Below, one piece after another: positions 1-10,071 of a stretch of DNA of 64,000 nucleotides. This DNA comes from Wickerhamiella versatilis. Its lineage: Eukaryota. Every line of letters begins with the position of its first letter. The first letter of the stretch is position 1. Below the pieces are notes generated by a model, which ran no database searches, had not been told where the DNA came from, and saw only the letters and a program-made list of their open reading frames with translations. The stretch spans positions 2,976,001 to 3,040,000 of the forward strand of contig JAQOWU010000008.1 of the NCBI GenBank assembly GCA_030867685.1, in the 5' to 3' direction. The translations under genes were made by a program, and so were the position numbers.

Positions 1-3000
1 TTGGTCCATCTCAGGGGCTGACTCGTACATTCCTAGTGCACTATTCCGATATGCATCGTTATCAGAATCTTCCTCCTCAACCTCCATAACAACTTCTACC
101 TCACTTTCATTGCTATCTTCATCCTCCCATGGTTCATCATCTCCTTGTTCTTCAGCCTGATTAGGAGTCTGTATATATGTGTTATCGAGTTGTGCGTTTG
201 TACTGAGATAATAGGCTACACATGATCGAGCATGGATGCCTGCGGGTGTGTAAGGGTCTATTCTCTCAGTAATGTCCTTCAGAAACATATTAAAAAAGGG
301 CTTCTGGAGCTCAAACGCCCAGTAATCAGGTTCAAGTCGATGCCAAGTTGGATCATTAGCATCGGTATTCATAGCTTCAAGAATATCCAAAACTTTATGC
401 ATAAGAGTAGGGCCCTTGGATTTTGATAGAGCCAGCATTGCTTCCTTTAATATTAATTGGCATACAGATTTTACATATCCAAGTGATTCCTGAGTAGGGA
501 GGCAGTCACTTGGATTCAAAACCAGGCACAAAAATATAGAATGGGCTTGATGGGCAAGCGCGGTGTGCGCATCCTCAATATCGTCAAGTAAGTCCCCAAT
601 CCCTTCATCATAATTGAGTAAACGAAAGAGAAGCTTTATTGCAGCGGACTCTTCAGGAACAGCGCCATTTGTCGGCGGCGTATTAGGCCACCATAGAAGA
701 CTCTGTCTTGCGCCACGGAGTAACTCAGTTGTATTGGCCAATATGCGTAGTAAGTACTCCGCAAAGTCATTTTCTCTACGAAACTGTTCTGAGTTAGCAA
801 TGTTACGGGCCACAAGAGCCTCCTCAAGAGCATTAAGTAGATCCGCCACAGGCCACCAGGGTGCTGTGCCTGAAAGGTCAGGAACTTCTTGGCCAGGTAT
901 CACACGACGAGGCAGAATAGTTCCATTCACCCTACAGAGCACTCTACATGCTGCCTCTCTCGCACCAGGCCTTGACATAACCGCATCTAAGGAGTTCTGT
1001 TGGCTATTTTTTGTGGCAAAATGCTCCTCTAAACGGACTCCCAGAAGATTTTGCAGAGCATCACCGCTTCCTTCACTAGAATATCGCGCAATAGCATGGA
1101 CTATAAATGGATAAAAGTTCAGGCGACGGCATCCTTGCAGCAACTCCTGGAATACTGAGCGAAGCTGAGGGGAAATAGCAGAGTCAGGATAAATTGAGGC
1201 TACTTTGAGAGCAACACGGGCTGCTGACTCTAGAACAAGCCGCGCTGCATGCTGATCCGTAGCCTCTGTCGTGAACCTTTTCACATTTTCCGACAATGGA
1301 CCCCAGTTCAATGTAGGATGCAGTTCAAAAGCCGCCAACGCCGATGCTAGATAGTACGCATCTGGGGGATTCTGTAAACAGCGGTAAAGGGGAATAGTTG
1401 GAGGGGATTTACCAGCTAAAGCAAAGTATTGATAGGCCGCAGGGCTTAAATTACTTTCATAAGTATGAGAAACTGCCATTATTTTTCGGGCTGCGGTTGC
1501 TCTAGCAATATGAACGTCTGTAGGATTCAGCTTCGCGGCATCGACGAGAGCACTGCTAAGCTCACTGCTTCCTCCCATCCAAGAAAGGAGATGTGGGAGA
1601 GCGGCTCCCATATCCTTGATATATGGAAAGAGTTCGCTAACAAAAGGAGTGAAAATGTTACGTGTGCACGTTGCTTCCATGACAGGAGCTAATCTTGTGA
1701 GGGAATCCTCAACTTTGTCGGCAGCGGCACCACCTTTCTTAGCATCTAACAAACTCTTTGCAAGCTTCACAATACCCTGTGCAATTCCTGACTGCTTATG
1801 AGCAAACTTTCGCCGGGGTATAAGCATGATTAGGTCCCCAGTTTCTGGTGACATGGGATTTGATGCCATCGCATATATGAACTCCAATATGTCATTCTCT
1901 ACATCCAAAATGAACCTATCACCGTCAAAGCAGTGGTCCCAATAATCTGCAATTACCAATTGGAAATCATGATCTTCTATTCCCGCTAGCTTTCGACCCA
2001 GAGGTCCAAGATTTGGGAGATCTTCAGCGCTCCATACACCCATAGCTAGGCGTAGAGCTTCACATAGATGCGATTCTGCAGATTTTTGAATGCATTTACC
2101 GACTTCTTCAGAATCTTGATCAGATGATTCACTAATTTGACGAAGAAGTGATGCGGAATCCAAATCGCTCTCATTATCCTCACTTGAAGGAACAGCGAGA
2201 GCTAATGATACTAAGGGACTAATCCCACCAGATTTAACGAAATAATTTCTTCTCCTGGGGTCACCTTGAACCATCTCATCGACATAATATAATGCTGCTT
2301 GCGCAAACTCTCGCTTAGCATGAAGTACAGCAATCAGATGCTCTGGCGGAACATCTGCAGGAATTAACGTAGTACAAACACCATCAAGGCTAGTGAAATC
2401 ACTAATAGAGGCATCCGAAGACAGAAAAGTCTCCTCTATAGTATGAAGTGCCAAAGGCAGATAGATATGAGGATCTAAAGCCATAGCGAGACGAGTTAAT
2501 GGATGCAATAATTGTGGGCGCGAAGAAGCTCTGTCTGCAAGGGAATGAACAAATTTACCCACTTCCTCTAGGGATGCCAAAGCATGAGGCTCTGCCTCTG
2601 CGAGTAATGCGACTACTCTCGAGGCCAACCCCCCTAGACGTGATCCAAATCGCTCATGATCTTCGAATATAACCAGGCATAGGTTGAGGAGTTTGGAATT
2701 TATGAGTGCTGTTACAGTAGCTGTAGATCGCCTTCTACTAGTTAAAATACAGCTGGTGATATTCAAAAGTGATGAGATAAAGCGACGGGTATCAGAATCT
2801 ATCGCATAGTCAACAGGGGTAGCTCGCGGAATCCCGTCAAAATGGTTTGTGTCTTGTGGCGCTACTGAAATATTCGCGCCTTCCGTAAGTGTTAGCCTTG
2901 CTCCCGCAAATGGATCTCTTCCAATTGGTTGCTTCACTCCTTCAAATGGATCGTTACGGGATACTGTCGTAAACCTCAATGAGCTGCTTGTTGATGAAGG

Positions 3001-4263
3001 CTGGCTAAGTTCACTACCCTGTCTAGCATCACTAGGTGAAATATCACCTGACATAACTGAATTCTCGTACCTAGAGGCCTCAAGGGCATTAGCATTCCTC
3101 GATAGAGTCGATGAAGACACCGCCGAAGAGTCAGACCACATTGCTGATTCTAAAGCTTCAACAATAGATAATATGCCAGCATGTTCTAATGCTTGAGCAC
3201 CTGTGGTACTCTCGCTGACAACTTCTTGTAGTATTCGAGCAGTCTGATAGCCAGCATCTGGTGAAGGTGGATTCCGAATAACCAAAACGAGATGACTTAC
3301 CAATCCAGCAGGAATCAATGATGGAGCAAGCATCGCAAGGACAGTCCACATGGCGGCATCATGTTCTTCAGCTGCAGTGCGTATGACTTGAGACAGCTGT
3401 GCAGCTATTTGCCTTGTAGCAGATGTCCTTACCGCTTCATTAAAGCTTACAACGAGTTCCAGTTGCGCGTCTCTAAGTACTTTGGGTGATCTCATGAAAC
3501 TTGATACGAGCTGCACACCATCGGGTACATCGCTCAACACTCGCTTTAAATGGAGCCCATCATCCGATGCTGCATCTAATGCATAGCACTGCAGAGCGGC
3601 TAGCTCTGCTCTTTCATGCAGAGTTCCTTTACATGCCTTAGCTAGACGAAGTCTGGCTGCATATTCGCCCCAAAGACTTCCCGGTACTTTTAGGCGTAAT
3701 TCAGCAATATCAAGACCATTGAATATTTCTCCTGGCCACTCTATTTGTACATTTTTCCAGCTAGCAGGAGGTTCTTCTCCCAGAGCAAAACCCACCGCTG
3801 TGGGTCCTCCTTGACGAGGCACGGATAGCGCTAAGCGCATCAATATACCACCTAGACTCTCCCTTACTTCTTCAGATATAGTAGAATCCAGTCTTGAGAG
3901 AAGACGCACAGCGGCCACCACGACCCGCGTGGTGATCGCCTGTGTTAACGCCGCGACGTGGGCCTGGCCCTCAAAGACAGTGGATCGTACATTGTTATCT
4001 AGTAATCTGCGTAGAGCATCAAGTATATTAGCAACATATTCTGGTACTTCCGCAATACTTGGGCCTTCATTTGGAGGGCGAAGACCTTGTTGGCTCACAA
4101 CAGTTTCTAACTCTCGCGTCATCCGAGTGACCAGAGGAGCCCAGTCATTCAAGTCACCTCGGGGACGGCGATAAAGCTCCTCAAGGGAATCTAAACGAGG
4201 AACTAGTTGGTTCAAAGGCAGGCCAGCCAGAAATTCCACGTATTCTGTGAGGGCACTAGCCAT
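1..4263 (-). CDS. TOM1: HECT E3 ubiquitin ligase Tom1/HUWE1, N-terminal 1421 codons (3' end beyond window)
   Basis: Not in the ORF track, consistent with no stop before the edge. ATG at 4263 gives MASALTEYVEFLAGLPLNQLVPRLDSLEELYRRPRGDLNDWAPLV (Tom1 N-terminal RGDLxxW motif). The same frame at the left edge reads an acidic tract then DAYRNSALGMYE, matching the fungal Tom1 'YRNSALGMY' segment. Confidence 0.85.
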   Translation of the reverse strand, partial: MASALTEYVEFLAGLPLNQLVPRLDSLEELYRRPRGDLNDWAPLVTRMTRELETVVSQQGLRPPNEGPSIAEVPEYVANILDALRRLLDNNVRSTVFEGQAHVAALTQAITTRVVVAAVRLLSRLDSTISEEVRESLGGILMRLALSVPRQGGPTAVGFALGEEPPASWKNVQIEWPGEIFNGLDIAELRLKVPGSLWGEYAARLRLAKACKGTLHERAELAALQCYALDAASDDGLHLKRVLSDVPDGVQLVSSFMRSPKVLRDAQLELVVSFNEAVRTSATRQIAAQLSQVIRTAAEEHDAAMWTVLAMLAPSLIPAGLVSHLVLVIRNPPSPDAGYQTARILQEVVSESTTGAQALEHAGILSIVEALESAMWSDSSAVSSSTLSRNANALEASRYENSVMSGDISPSDARQGSELSQPSSTSSSLRFTTVSRNDPFEGVKQPIGRDPFAGARLTLTEGANISVAPQDTNHFDGIPRATPVDYAIDSDTRRFISSLLNITSCILTSRRRSTATVTALINSKLLNLCLVIFEDHERFGSRLGGLASRVVALLAEAEPHALASLEEVGKFVHSLADRASSRPQLLHPLTRLAMALDPHIYLPLALHTIEETFLSSDASISDFTSLDGVCTTLIPADVPPEHLIAVLHAKREFAQAALYYVDEMVQGDPRRRNYFVKSGGISPLVSLALAVPSSEDNESDLDSASLLRQISESSDQDSEEVGKCIQKSAESHLCEALRLAMGVWSAEDLPNLGPLGRKLAGIEDHDFQLVIADYWDHCFDGDRFILDVENDILEFIYAMASNPMSPETGDLIMLIPRRKFAHKQSGIAQGIVKLAKSLLDAKKGGAAADKVEDSLTRLAPVMEATCTRNIFTPFVSELFPYIKDMGAALPHLLSWMGGSSELSSALVDAAKLNPTDVHIARATAARKIMAVSHTYESNLSPAAYQYFALAGKSPPTIPLYRCLQNPPDAYYLASALAAFELHPTLNWGPLSENVKRFTTEATDQHAARLVLESAARVALKVASIYPDSAISPQLRSVFQELLQGCRRLNFYPFIVHAIARYSSEGSGDALQNLLGVRLEEHFATKNSQQNSLDAVMSRPGAREAACRVLCRVNGTILPRRVIPGQEVPDLSGTAPWWPVADLLNALEEALVARNIANSEQFRRENDFAEYLLRILANTTELLRGARQSLLWWPNTPPTNGAVPEESAAIKLLFRLLNYDEGIGDLLDDIEDAHTALAHQAHSIFLCLVLNPSDCLPTQESLGYVKSVCQLILKEAMLALSKSKGPTLMHKVLDILEAMNTDANDPTWHRLEPDYWAFELQKPFFNMFLKDITERIDPYTPAGIHARSCVAYYLSTNAQLDNTYIQTPNQAEEQGDDEPWEDEDSNESEVEVVMEVEEEDSDNDAYRNSALGMYESAPEMDQ

Positions 4264-4419
4264 TAACTGATTACTCAGTGAACGATGTGTATAACACTTT
4301 AATCTAGACAAGAGTCGTACGTTTACAAAACCCATGATATCCATCGTAGGCCACAAGAGAAAAAATGCACATTCAAATTCGAGAATTGGAGTATATAGAA
4401 CAATTTTAATCGTTTTTAT

Positions 4420-5745
4420 TTACATGTCTGGTTTTATGCACTCGGAGCCTAAGTAAGGTTGAAGAGCCCTAGGAATGGAAATAGTATTTGTTATGGGATC
4501 CCAATTGTTCTCTATTAAGGCAATCATCACGCGTGGAATTGCCATAGCGGTAGCATTCAATGTGTGTACGTATTCCTTATGTGCGTTCTTGGTGTGTAAC
4601 CTCCGAGACTGATAATCAAGACAATTGGACGCGGACGATATTTCGCCGTAAGAGCCGCGCCCTGGCATCCATGCTTCAATGTCGTATTTCTGGTAAGCAG
4701 GTTGACCCAGATCATTCGCTGCAACATTTATAACTCGGGCATGGAGGTCCAGATCATCTACAATAGATTTTTGGACTTCAACAAGTTTTTCGAGCATATT
4801 TTCCGAGTTATTAGGGTCAGTCCAGACAAACATCTCTACTTTGGTAAACTCATGAACACGATAGAGCCCCCGCGTGTCTGTCCCTCTTGCACCAGCTTCA
4901 GCACGGTAACTGCGAGAAACTCCGGCGTGCATTCGTGTCCCATCAACTATACGATGCGCATATTGGGCAGCCAAAGGAATTTCTGCGGTGCCTGCCAGCA
5001 CCAAGTCTGACCCACCTTGAACTCGATATATCTGCTCAGCATCATCTTCCCGCGGTCGAAATCCACAAGCATTGAGCATTTCTTCCCGAACCATTGTCGG
5101 GGGACTGACTATCTTGAAGCCCAAGGAGCGACACTTTGCGAGAGTGAATGCAACCAGCGCTTGCTCAAGACAAGCACCAGCGCCCATAAGATAGTAGTGC
5201 CCTGTTCCTGAACTACGTGACCCAGCCTCTAAATCAAATAGTCCAAGTGAGCTACCAATCTTTACATGATCTCTGATAGAATCCGCCTGTATGTATCGCT
5301 CAGATCTCAAAAATTCAATAACTTCGAAATCCTCCCCCTTCTCAGAGAGCCTCGCAGCACTAGGTGCAATTAAATTCGGAACTGAATCCGCTAGCGCAGC
5401 CAATTTAAGCTCAATATCTGTCACACAACGATCAGCAGCACCTAGCGCCGCTTTTGCCTCACTCGACTCTCTTCTGAGGTGCGACTCTTCCAACGTGTCT
5501 TTTTGCGAAACAAACTGTTTTGCTTTTTTTACCAAGCTATTTCTATATGTGGCTGCTTCTTGCCGCACCCGCTTGGCGTCCACTAGCTGATCGTGGAACC
5601 GCACAAGGTCATCCATCTTATACCCCTTCCAAAGATATGTATTGCGCAACTGGACATTGTGTTGATATAAATCAGGAGATTCTAGAAATCGCTTAATGGG
5701 CCACGCTGGAGGCCGCAGATTCGAGGTCCCTTTTAGACGATTCAT
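4420..5745 (-). CDS. DIA4: Seryl-tRNA synthetase, probably mitochondrial
   Basis: Class II SerRS motifs LAGTAEIPL, SYRAEAGARGTDTRGLYRVHEFTKVEMF, EISSASNCLDYQSRRL and HTLNATAMAIPR; basic N-terminus. Confidence 0.88.
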   Translation of the reverse strand: MNRLKGTSNLRPPAWPIKRFLESPDLYQHNVQLRNTYLWKGYKMDDLVRFHDQLVDAKRVRQEAATYRNSLVKKAKQFVSQKDTLEESHLRRESSEAKAALGAADRCVTDIELKLAALADSVPNLIAPSAARLSEKGEDFEVIEFLRSERYIQADSIRDHVKIGSSLGLFDLEAGSRSSGTGHYYLMGAGACLEQALVAFTLAKCRSLGFKIVSPPTMVREEMLNACGFRPREDDAEQIYRVQGGSDLVLAGTAEIPLAAQYAHRIVDGTRMHAGVSRSYRAEAGARGTDTRGLYRVHEFTKVEMFVWTDPNNSENMLEKLVEVQKSIVDDLDLHARVINVAANDLGQPAYQKYDIEAWMPGRGSYGEISSASNCLDYQSRRLHTKNAHKEYVHTLNATAMAIPRVMIALIENNWDPITNTISIPRALQPYLGSECIKPDM

Positions 5746-6149
5746 TCATGTAAGCAAGACAGGATCGTTCAACGCGTGAATTATAGCAGCACATAGATAT
5801 ACTTATTTAAATCTTGAAAAGCTAATTATCTGTATCCACAATCGACTTTTAATTCTGACTACCTCAAGTAAAATTTAGACTAATAATAATATGACTCTTA
5901 AATTGGTATCGCAACCAGGTCCGCACATTAACTCATACTGGTTGTTTGGTGTGAATTTTTTGGATATCTCAGCTATACGGCGGATATAAAACTTAGAAAC
6001 GTGGAGACTATAGTGTACACCATCTAAACAACGAATACAATAATAGTAGTAGGAAAGTATACTATACTCGCTTATCATCTGATGATTCTAGAGCGTATGC
6101 TTTTTTAGATTAATCGTATACAGCGCATATATCAGCTTTACCACCCACT

Positions 6150-6560
6150 TTAAAAAGCAAGCTTTTGGAAGAACCACTTGTTCTTGCCAGCCTTGTGCTG
6201 CTCCTCGAAGATCTTCTTGATCTCAGCCTTCGCCGACTCGCGGGTAGAGACCTCAGCGAAAGTGTCTGGGGAGATGAGGTTCTTGAGTCCCTCCTGCTCG
6301 AAAGTGTAACGTGTGGGCATGAGGTGGTTGTAGTTCACCCGCTTGATAAAAGGCTTGATCTTTGTGCGGCGGCTGACCTGCTTCTGGGTGTGCTTGCGGG
6401 TGACCTGCTGAGGGTACCGCTCAATACCAACGACCAGACAATGGCCATATGGATGAGACTTAGTGCCCTCGTCAAACGGCTTAACGATCACGACCTTCTT
6501 ACCTGCCTGGCGGCCGCGGGTCACAATTGCAACCTTATTCGGCTTCAAGAACTTGGCCAT
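6150..6560 (-). CDS. RPL27: 60S ribosomal protein L27 (eL27), intronless
   Basis: [25 protein letters not shown]...[11 protein letters not shown]. The true ATG is at 6560; the track start at 6620 is a GTG extension. Confidence 0.97.
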   Translation of the reverse strand: MAKFLKPNKVAIVTRGRQAGKKVVIVKPFDEGTKSHPYGHCLVVGIERYPQQVTRKHTQKQVSRRTKIKPFIKRVNYNHLMPTRYTFEQEGLKNLISPDTFAEVSTRESAKAEIKKIFEEQHKAGKNKWFFQKLAF

Positions 6561-6602
6561 TTCGAATGGTTGTCGATCTAACGGATTGAGATAGTAATTT
6601 TG

Positions 6603-6631
6603 CGTCGCCGGGATATACACTTAAGCCCTAA
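6603..6631 (-). promoter_or_regulatory. RPL27 upstream module TTAGGGCT (Tbf1-like) .. ATATC .. GCGACG
   Basis: The minus strand reads TTAGGGCTTAAGTGTATATCCCGGCGACG; the same three elements occur upstream of RPS2. Confidence 0.55.
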
Positions 6632-6987
6632 TTACAAAGGCATGGTTACGTAACATGCATATGATGTGCTTGGTGCACCGAGGCTGATGAAATAGATGAG
6701 GTATTTAAAGTTAGCAGCGCACGGCGATTGAAAATTTGTGGTCTCTTGAGAAGTAACAAGGGTAATTCTATGGAAGGCGACAAATTAACCCGTAGTGTGC
6801 CCGTGTGATGTGAACTTAGCTTATAAACTTTGTTAAAACAAGCATAGGAAGTTTTCCTTTTAAGACCTCATATCTAGAAGACCTCAGGTTTATTTTTGAA
6901 CATTTTTCCCACGCTTTTCTCTCCTCTAATTTAGGAGGTATCATATCCTCCGAATAATTGATTAGTCATTGTTTGTTTACTGTGTGC

Positions 6988-8181
6988 ATGGCTCCGCACA
7001 ACTACGATCCACTGCAAAAGCCTCCGCCTCCATGGCCACTTCCTCCAGGAAATATCCAACTAAGCCCTGCTAGAAGTGGACCTTTCGCATCTCGAAATGA
7101 TAGTCATTTTGGGGAAGCTATGAACAATTTGCAATCTCAGGTCTCTAAAATTGGCGATAGCGTATCTGCTGTTCAGGAAGACTTCAATGAACTTGCTGAG
7201 AGATCCCGATATAATGGCGAAGCGCTCGAGAAGTTAATGCTTGAAATTAAGGGTGTTCGTGAAGATGACGGTGTTTCCCGGAAGTTAACTGGCCTGGCCA
7301 GACTCGATAAACTCGATGATTTTGCCCAAACTTTGAACGATTTCGCAAACAATGACTTTATGCAAAGACAATTGGATGTTGTTACAGAGAAAATTGATGC
7401 TTTGCAGCAAAATATCTCTAATGATAGCCTGCCGATGAGTTTGACACGCGAACTGACAAGCCTCCGGGAAGAAATGGCACGGTCGAATGTTGTTTCACGG
7501 GTAGATGAGTTATACCACATACTTACCACGGGAAAAACTGTTGTGGATGTCGACTGCTTCCGTAGGCTGGAAGAAACCTTGGCAGGGTTGCAAGCAGCAG
7601 AATCTAGATCTGATCGCGATACCCCGTCCCCAGAAAGCAGGGAGCTACTAGCTCAAATGGAGGGGCTCAATATTTCCCTCTCCAGGCAAGAAGAAAGCAT
7701 TAAGTCTATTATGGGCTCCTCTTTTTCCCGAGAACTTCAGGGAGAGGTAAGGGCCATCCAGGACCATCTGCTAGGAGCTCATACTGCTCAGAATAAGGAA
7801 GTCAAGCAGCTTAATGAGATAGTTTCCCAGCAAAATGCAGAGTTAGCTGAATTGCGCCAGAGAATTGAGCTCCAAACAACCGAGCAGGAGTTGAGGAGCA
7901 GAATTGAGACCCTTCGGCAGACAGAAACAGAGCTGATTGGGCACAATGGTGAACTCAAAGCAGATCTTAAGCATCATACTTCACGCCTTGCAGAATTGGA
8001 GGAGCGGTATAGCTCACTTGAGCGTAGCTTGACGGATATGGCACTTTCGAAATATAAGGGCCTTCTCGGATCAGGCTCAATGGCCGTGCTATCCATGAAT
8101 AAGAACAAAGAAAATGAAGCAGCACCATTGAAGGTTCCCAAACGGCAATTGCGAAGTGTTAGTCTAATGGATCGTATTTAA
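6988..8181 (+). CDS. Hypothetical coiled-coil protein with Pro-rich N-terminus
   Basis: 397-aa ORF from the first ATG (MAPHNYDPLQKPPPPWP), with long heptad-rich segments; no family recognised. Confidence 0.75.
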   Translation: MAPHNYDPLQKPPPPWPLPPGNIQLSPARSGPFASRNDSHFGEAMNNLQSQVSKIGDSVSAVQEDFNELAERSRYNGEALEKLMLEIKGVREDDGVSRKLTGLARLDKLDDFAQTLNDFANNDFMQRQLDVVTEKIDALQQNISNDSLPMSLTRELTSLREEMARSNVVSRVDELYHILTTGKTVVDVDCFRRLEETLAGLQAAESRSDRDTPSPESRELLAQMEGLNISLSRQEESIKSIMGSSFSRELQGEVRAIQDHLLGAHTAQNKEVKQLNEIVSQQNAELAELRQRIELQTTEQELRSRIETLRQTETELIGHNGELKADLKHHTSRLAELEERYSSLERSLTDMALSKYKGLLGSGSMAVLSMNKNKENEAAPLKVPKRQLRSVSLMDRI

Positions 8182-8395
8182 TAGCAGAAACGAGGACTGA
8201 TGGGTGAACCATGAGATTTGTGCTTGTAAAATAAAGCGCGCAGCTGAATATTCTCACGACCAGTTCTATGTTAAGATATCAAAGGTTTTAATCGTTATAT
8301 ATCTAGTGACTTCTCGATAATTTATGCCCAGAATCTGTCCTGAGTTCTATAGACATTTGTTCTATTAAGTGACTTCCGCCCTTTCACCCTTACCC

Positions 8396-9523
8396 ATGAG
8401 CGTCTACCGACCCTACTATAATCCCGAGACGTTTGGATATACGCAGCCTACTCAAAGTCTTGATGTAGAGTATGCGGATGGAAGGGCTGTTGGAATCACT
8501 GCTGCAAGGTTTTATGCCCATGCTTCGACTTCACAGCCATTTGAAGTCGCTAAGTTTTTATTACAAGTTGGTGAATGGGAATCTGGACAGCAGCAGGCCT
8601 GGGAGGACAGTGACTCGAGTGATGAGGAGGTTGACTACTTCATTGATACTACGGGTGCCGCGCCTAGGCGTCTTACTGAACGTAAAAAGCCAAATGTTAA
8701 TACCGGGCTGCACCTCATCAAGGCGCCCGTTTCCAGGTTCCCAAATGTCATAGAGCTTCACAGGATACTTGTGATAGATCTCATTGGGGCTATAGCAGAT
8801 CGTGAGGGGCCTAAAGGACTGTGGCGAGCTCTGCATGCATCATGCCTGTTGAAGGCAGCAAGAGATCTGTCCGAAAGCTGGATTGCCTCTGCCTTAGCGT
8901 CACTTGCAGGGGTACCGGATCCAGAAATGGTTGATATATTGCAGTCACCGGATCCATCCCTCTCTATTAGTGTCAGCTGCGTAGCCGCAGGTGCCGCGGC
9001 TTTAGTTTTGGTACCTGTAGCACTGGTGAGGGCCCGCTTGCTGATCACAAGTATTTCTGCAGGTAAGAGGTCATTGAGGTACTGGCTGTTCAGAACCAAA
9101 AATCTGATCGCGCCCCTTGGTGTGGCGCTGCCAACGATGCTGGCGTCGATGGTGACCCGCCTTTCAACGATAGCAGCACCGCTATTGCTATTCCAGAAGC
9201 TGGATATCGACGAGTTTCGATCACCAGGATTTTTTAACATGGGTGTCTTGGGTATGCGGCTCATTTCTCTGGCGGTCAAATTGCCCTTGGACACAATGGC
9301 CAACAGAGCTTTGGTCTCCGAGCTAAATGTCCCTCCTGAGGACCTCTTGATTATACCCAAGAAATACAGAGGAATGCTAGGCACTCTATGGGACGTTTTG
9401 AGAGGTGCAGAGTCTCCTGCATCTTTATATAGGGGATGGCGCTTAGAGGCCCTTGGCATCATAAGTAGCTGGGGCTATGAAGTCCTAGACCAAGGACGGA
9501 GTTCTGTGCAGGAGCATTTCTAA
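8396..9523 (+). CDS. UGO1: Mitochondrial fusion protein Ugo1 (carrier-like)
   Basis: N-terminal YRPYYNPETF, SQPFEVAKFLLQVG, acidic tract then DYF, EGPKGLWRA and SLYRGWR carrier-like motifs. Confidence 0.85.
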   Translation: MSVYRPYYNPETFGYTQPTQSLDVEYADGRAVGITAARFYAHASTSQPFEVAKFLLQVGEWESGQQQAWEDSDSSDEEVDYFIDTTGAAPRRLTERKKPNVNTGLHLIKAPVSRFPNVIELHRILVIDLIGAIADREGPKGLWRALHASCLLKAARDLSESWIASALASLAGVPDPEMVDILQSPDPSLSISVSCVAAGAAALVLVPVALVRARLLITSISAGKRSLRYWLFRTKNLIAPLGVALPTMLASMVTRLSTIAAPLLLFQKLDIDEFRSPGFFNMGVLGMRLISLAVKLPLDTMANRALVSELNVPPEDLLIIPKKYRGMLGTLWDVLRGAESPASLYRGWRLEALGIISSWGYEVLDQGRSSVQEHF

Positions 9524-9663
9524 CCGGCCGGAGAGAGAAGAAAAAAAAACTCAATAATTTATATATGCTAATGATAGGGATGAGAAAAACGCCTCGAAGT
9601 AAAAAATAAAATGAGACTGAAAGTTTTCCAGCCCGTTTTTCTTGTATCTACAATTAATCCATA

Positions 9664-10023
9664 TCAGGGTCTTTTCTTGTCCTCTTCCAGCATATATTCT
9701 GCTAAAACTTTAAGGGGCCGTTCAGGCTTTGTATGCACAAGCATCCGCATTCCCTCGAGGAGGACTGGCGTGATCTCCTGGTTGAGCCACTGCCTGGTTT
9801 CAGGGCCAGCTTTGCCCCAATGAGGACGCAGGCTTGGTGCATACCCCCTGGCTGCTTGATTCTGTGGTGGATTTGGGATTTGATGTTCACGCTGCTCTAC
9901 ATGAGGAACGTCCTCGCTCATCTCGTGCATTTCCGTATCCTGATTTGCTAGTTCCGGTGGAGCATTGTTTTCTTGAAACATTTTTTCCGGCGTGCTAGCG
10001 TGGGACTCCTCCCTAGGTTGCAT
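9664..10023 (-). CDS. SDC1: COMPASS subunit Sdc1/Dpy-30
   Basis: C-terminal Dpy-30 motif TRQWLNQEITPVLLEGMRMLVHTKPERPLKVLAEYM; the start codon could be a downstream Met. Confidence 0.88.
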   Translation of the reverse strand: MQPREESHASTPEKMFQENNAPPELANQDTEMHEMSEDVPHVEQREHQIPNPPQNQAARGYAPSLRPHWGKAGPETRQWLNQEITPVLLEGMRMLVHTKPERPLKVLAEYMLEEDKKRP

Positions 10024-10071
10024 TTAAAGGCCTTAGTAGGGCTCTTGCTGTATGGTCTCGATGTTCACGTA

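Noticed and set aside
232-4174. Short ORFs listed in the track over 232-4174
   Set aside because: All are antisense or off-frame shadows of the long minus-strand TOM1 frame.
6165-6581. 138-aa ORF antisense to RPL27 (similar ORFs over RPS2)
   Set aside because: Typical consequence of strong codon bias in highly expressed genes; no recognisable protein.
6645-6654. Palindrome GTTACGTAAC (bZIP-like site)
   Set aside because: Single occurrence with no supporting context.
8758-9462. 234-aa ORF antisense to UGO1
   Set aside because: Fully nested on the opposite strand with no domain features.
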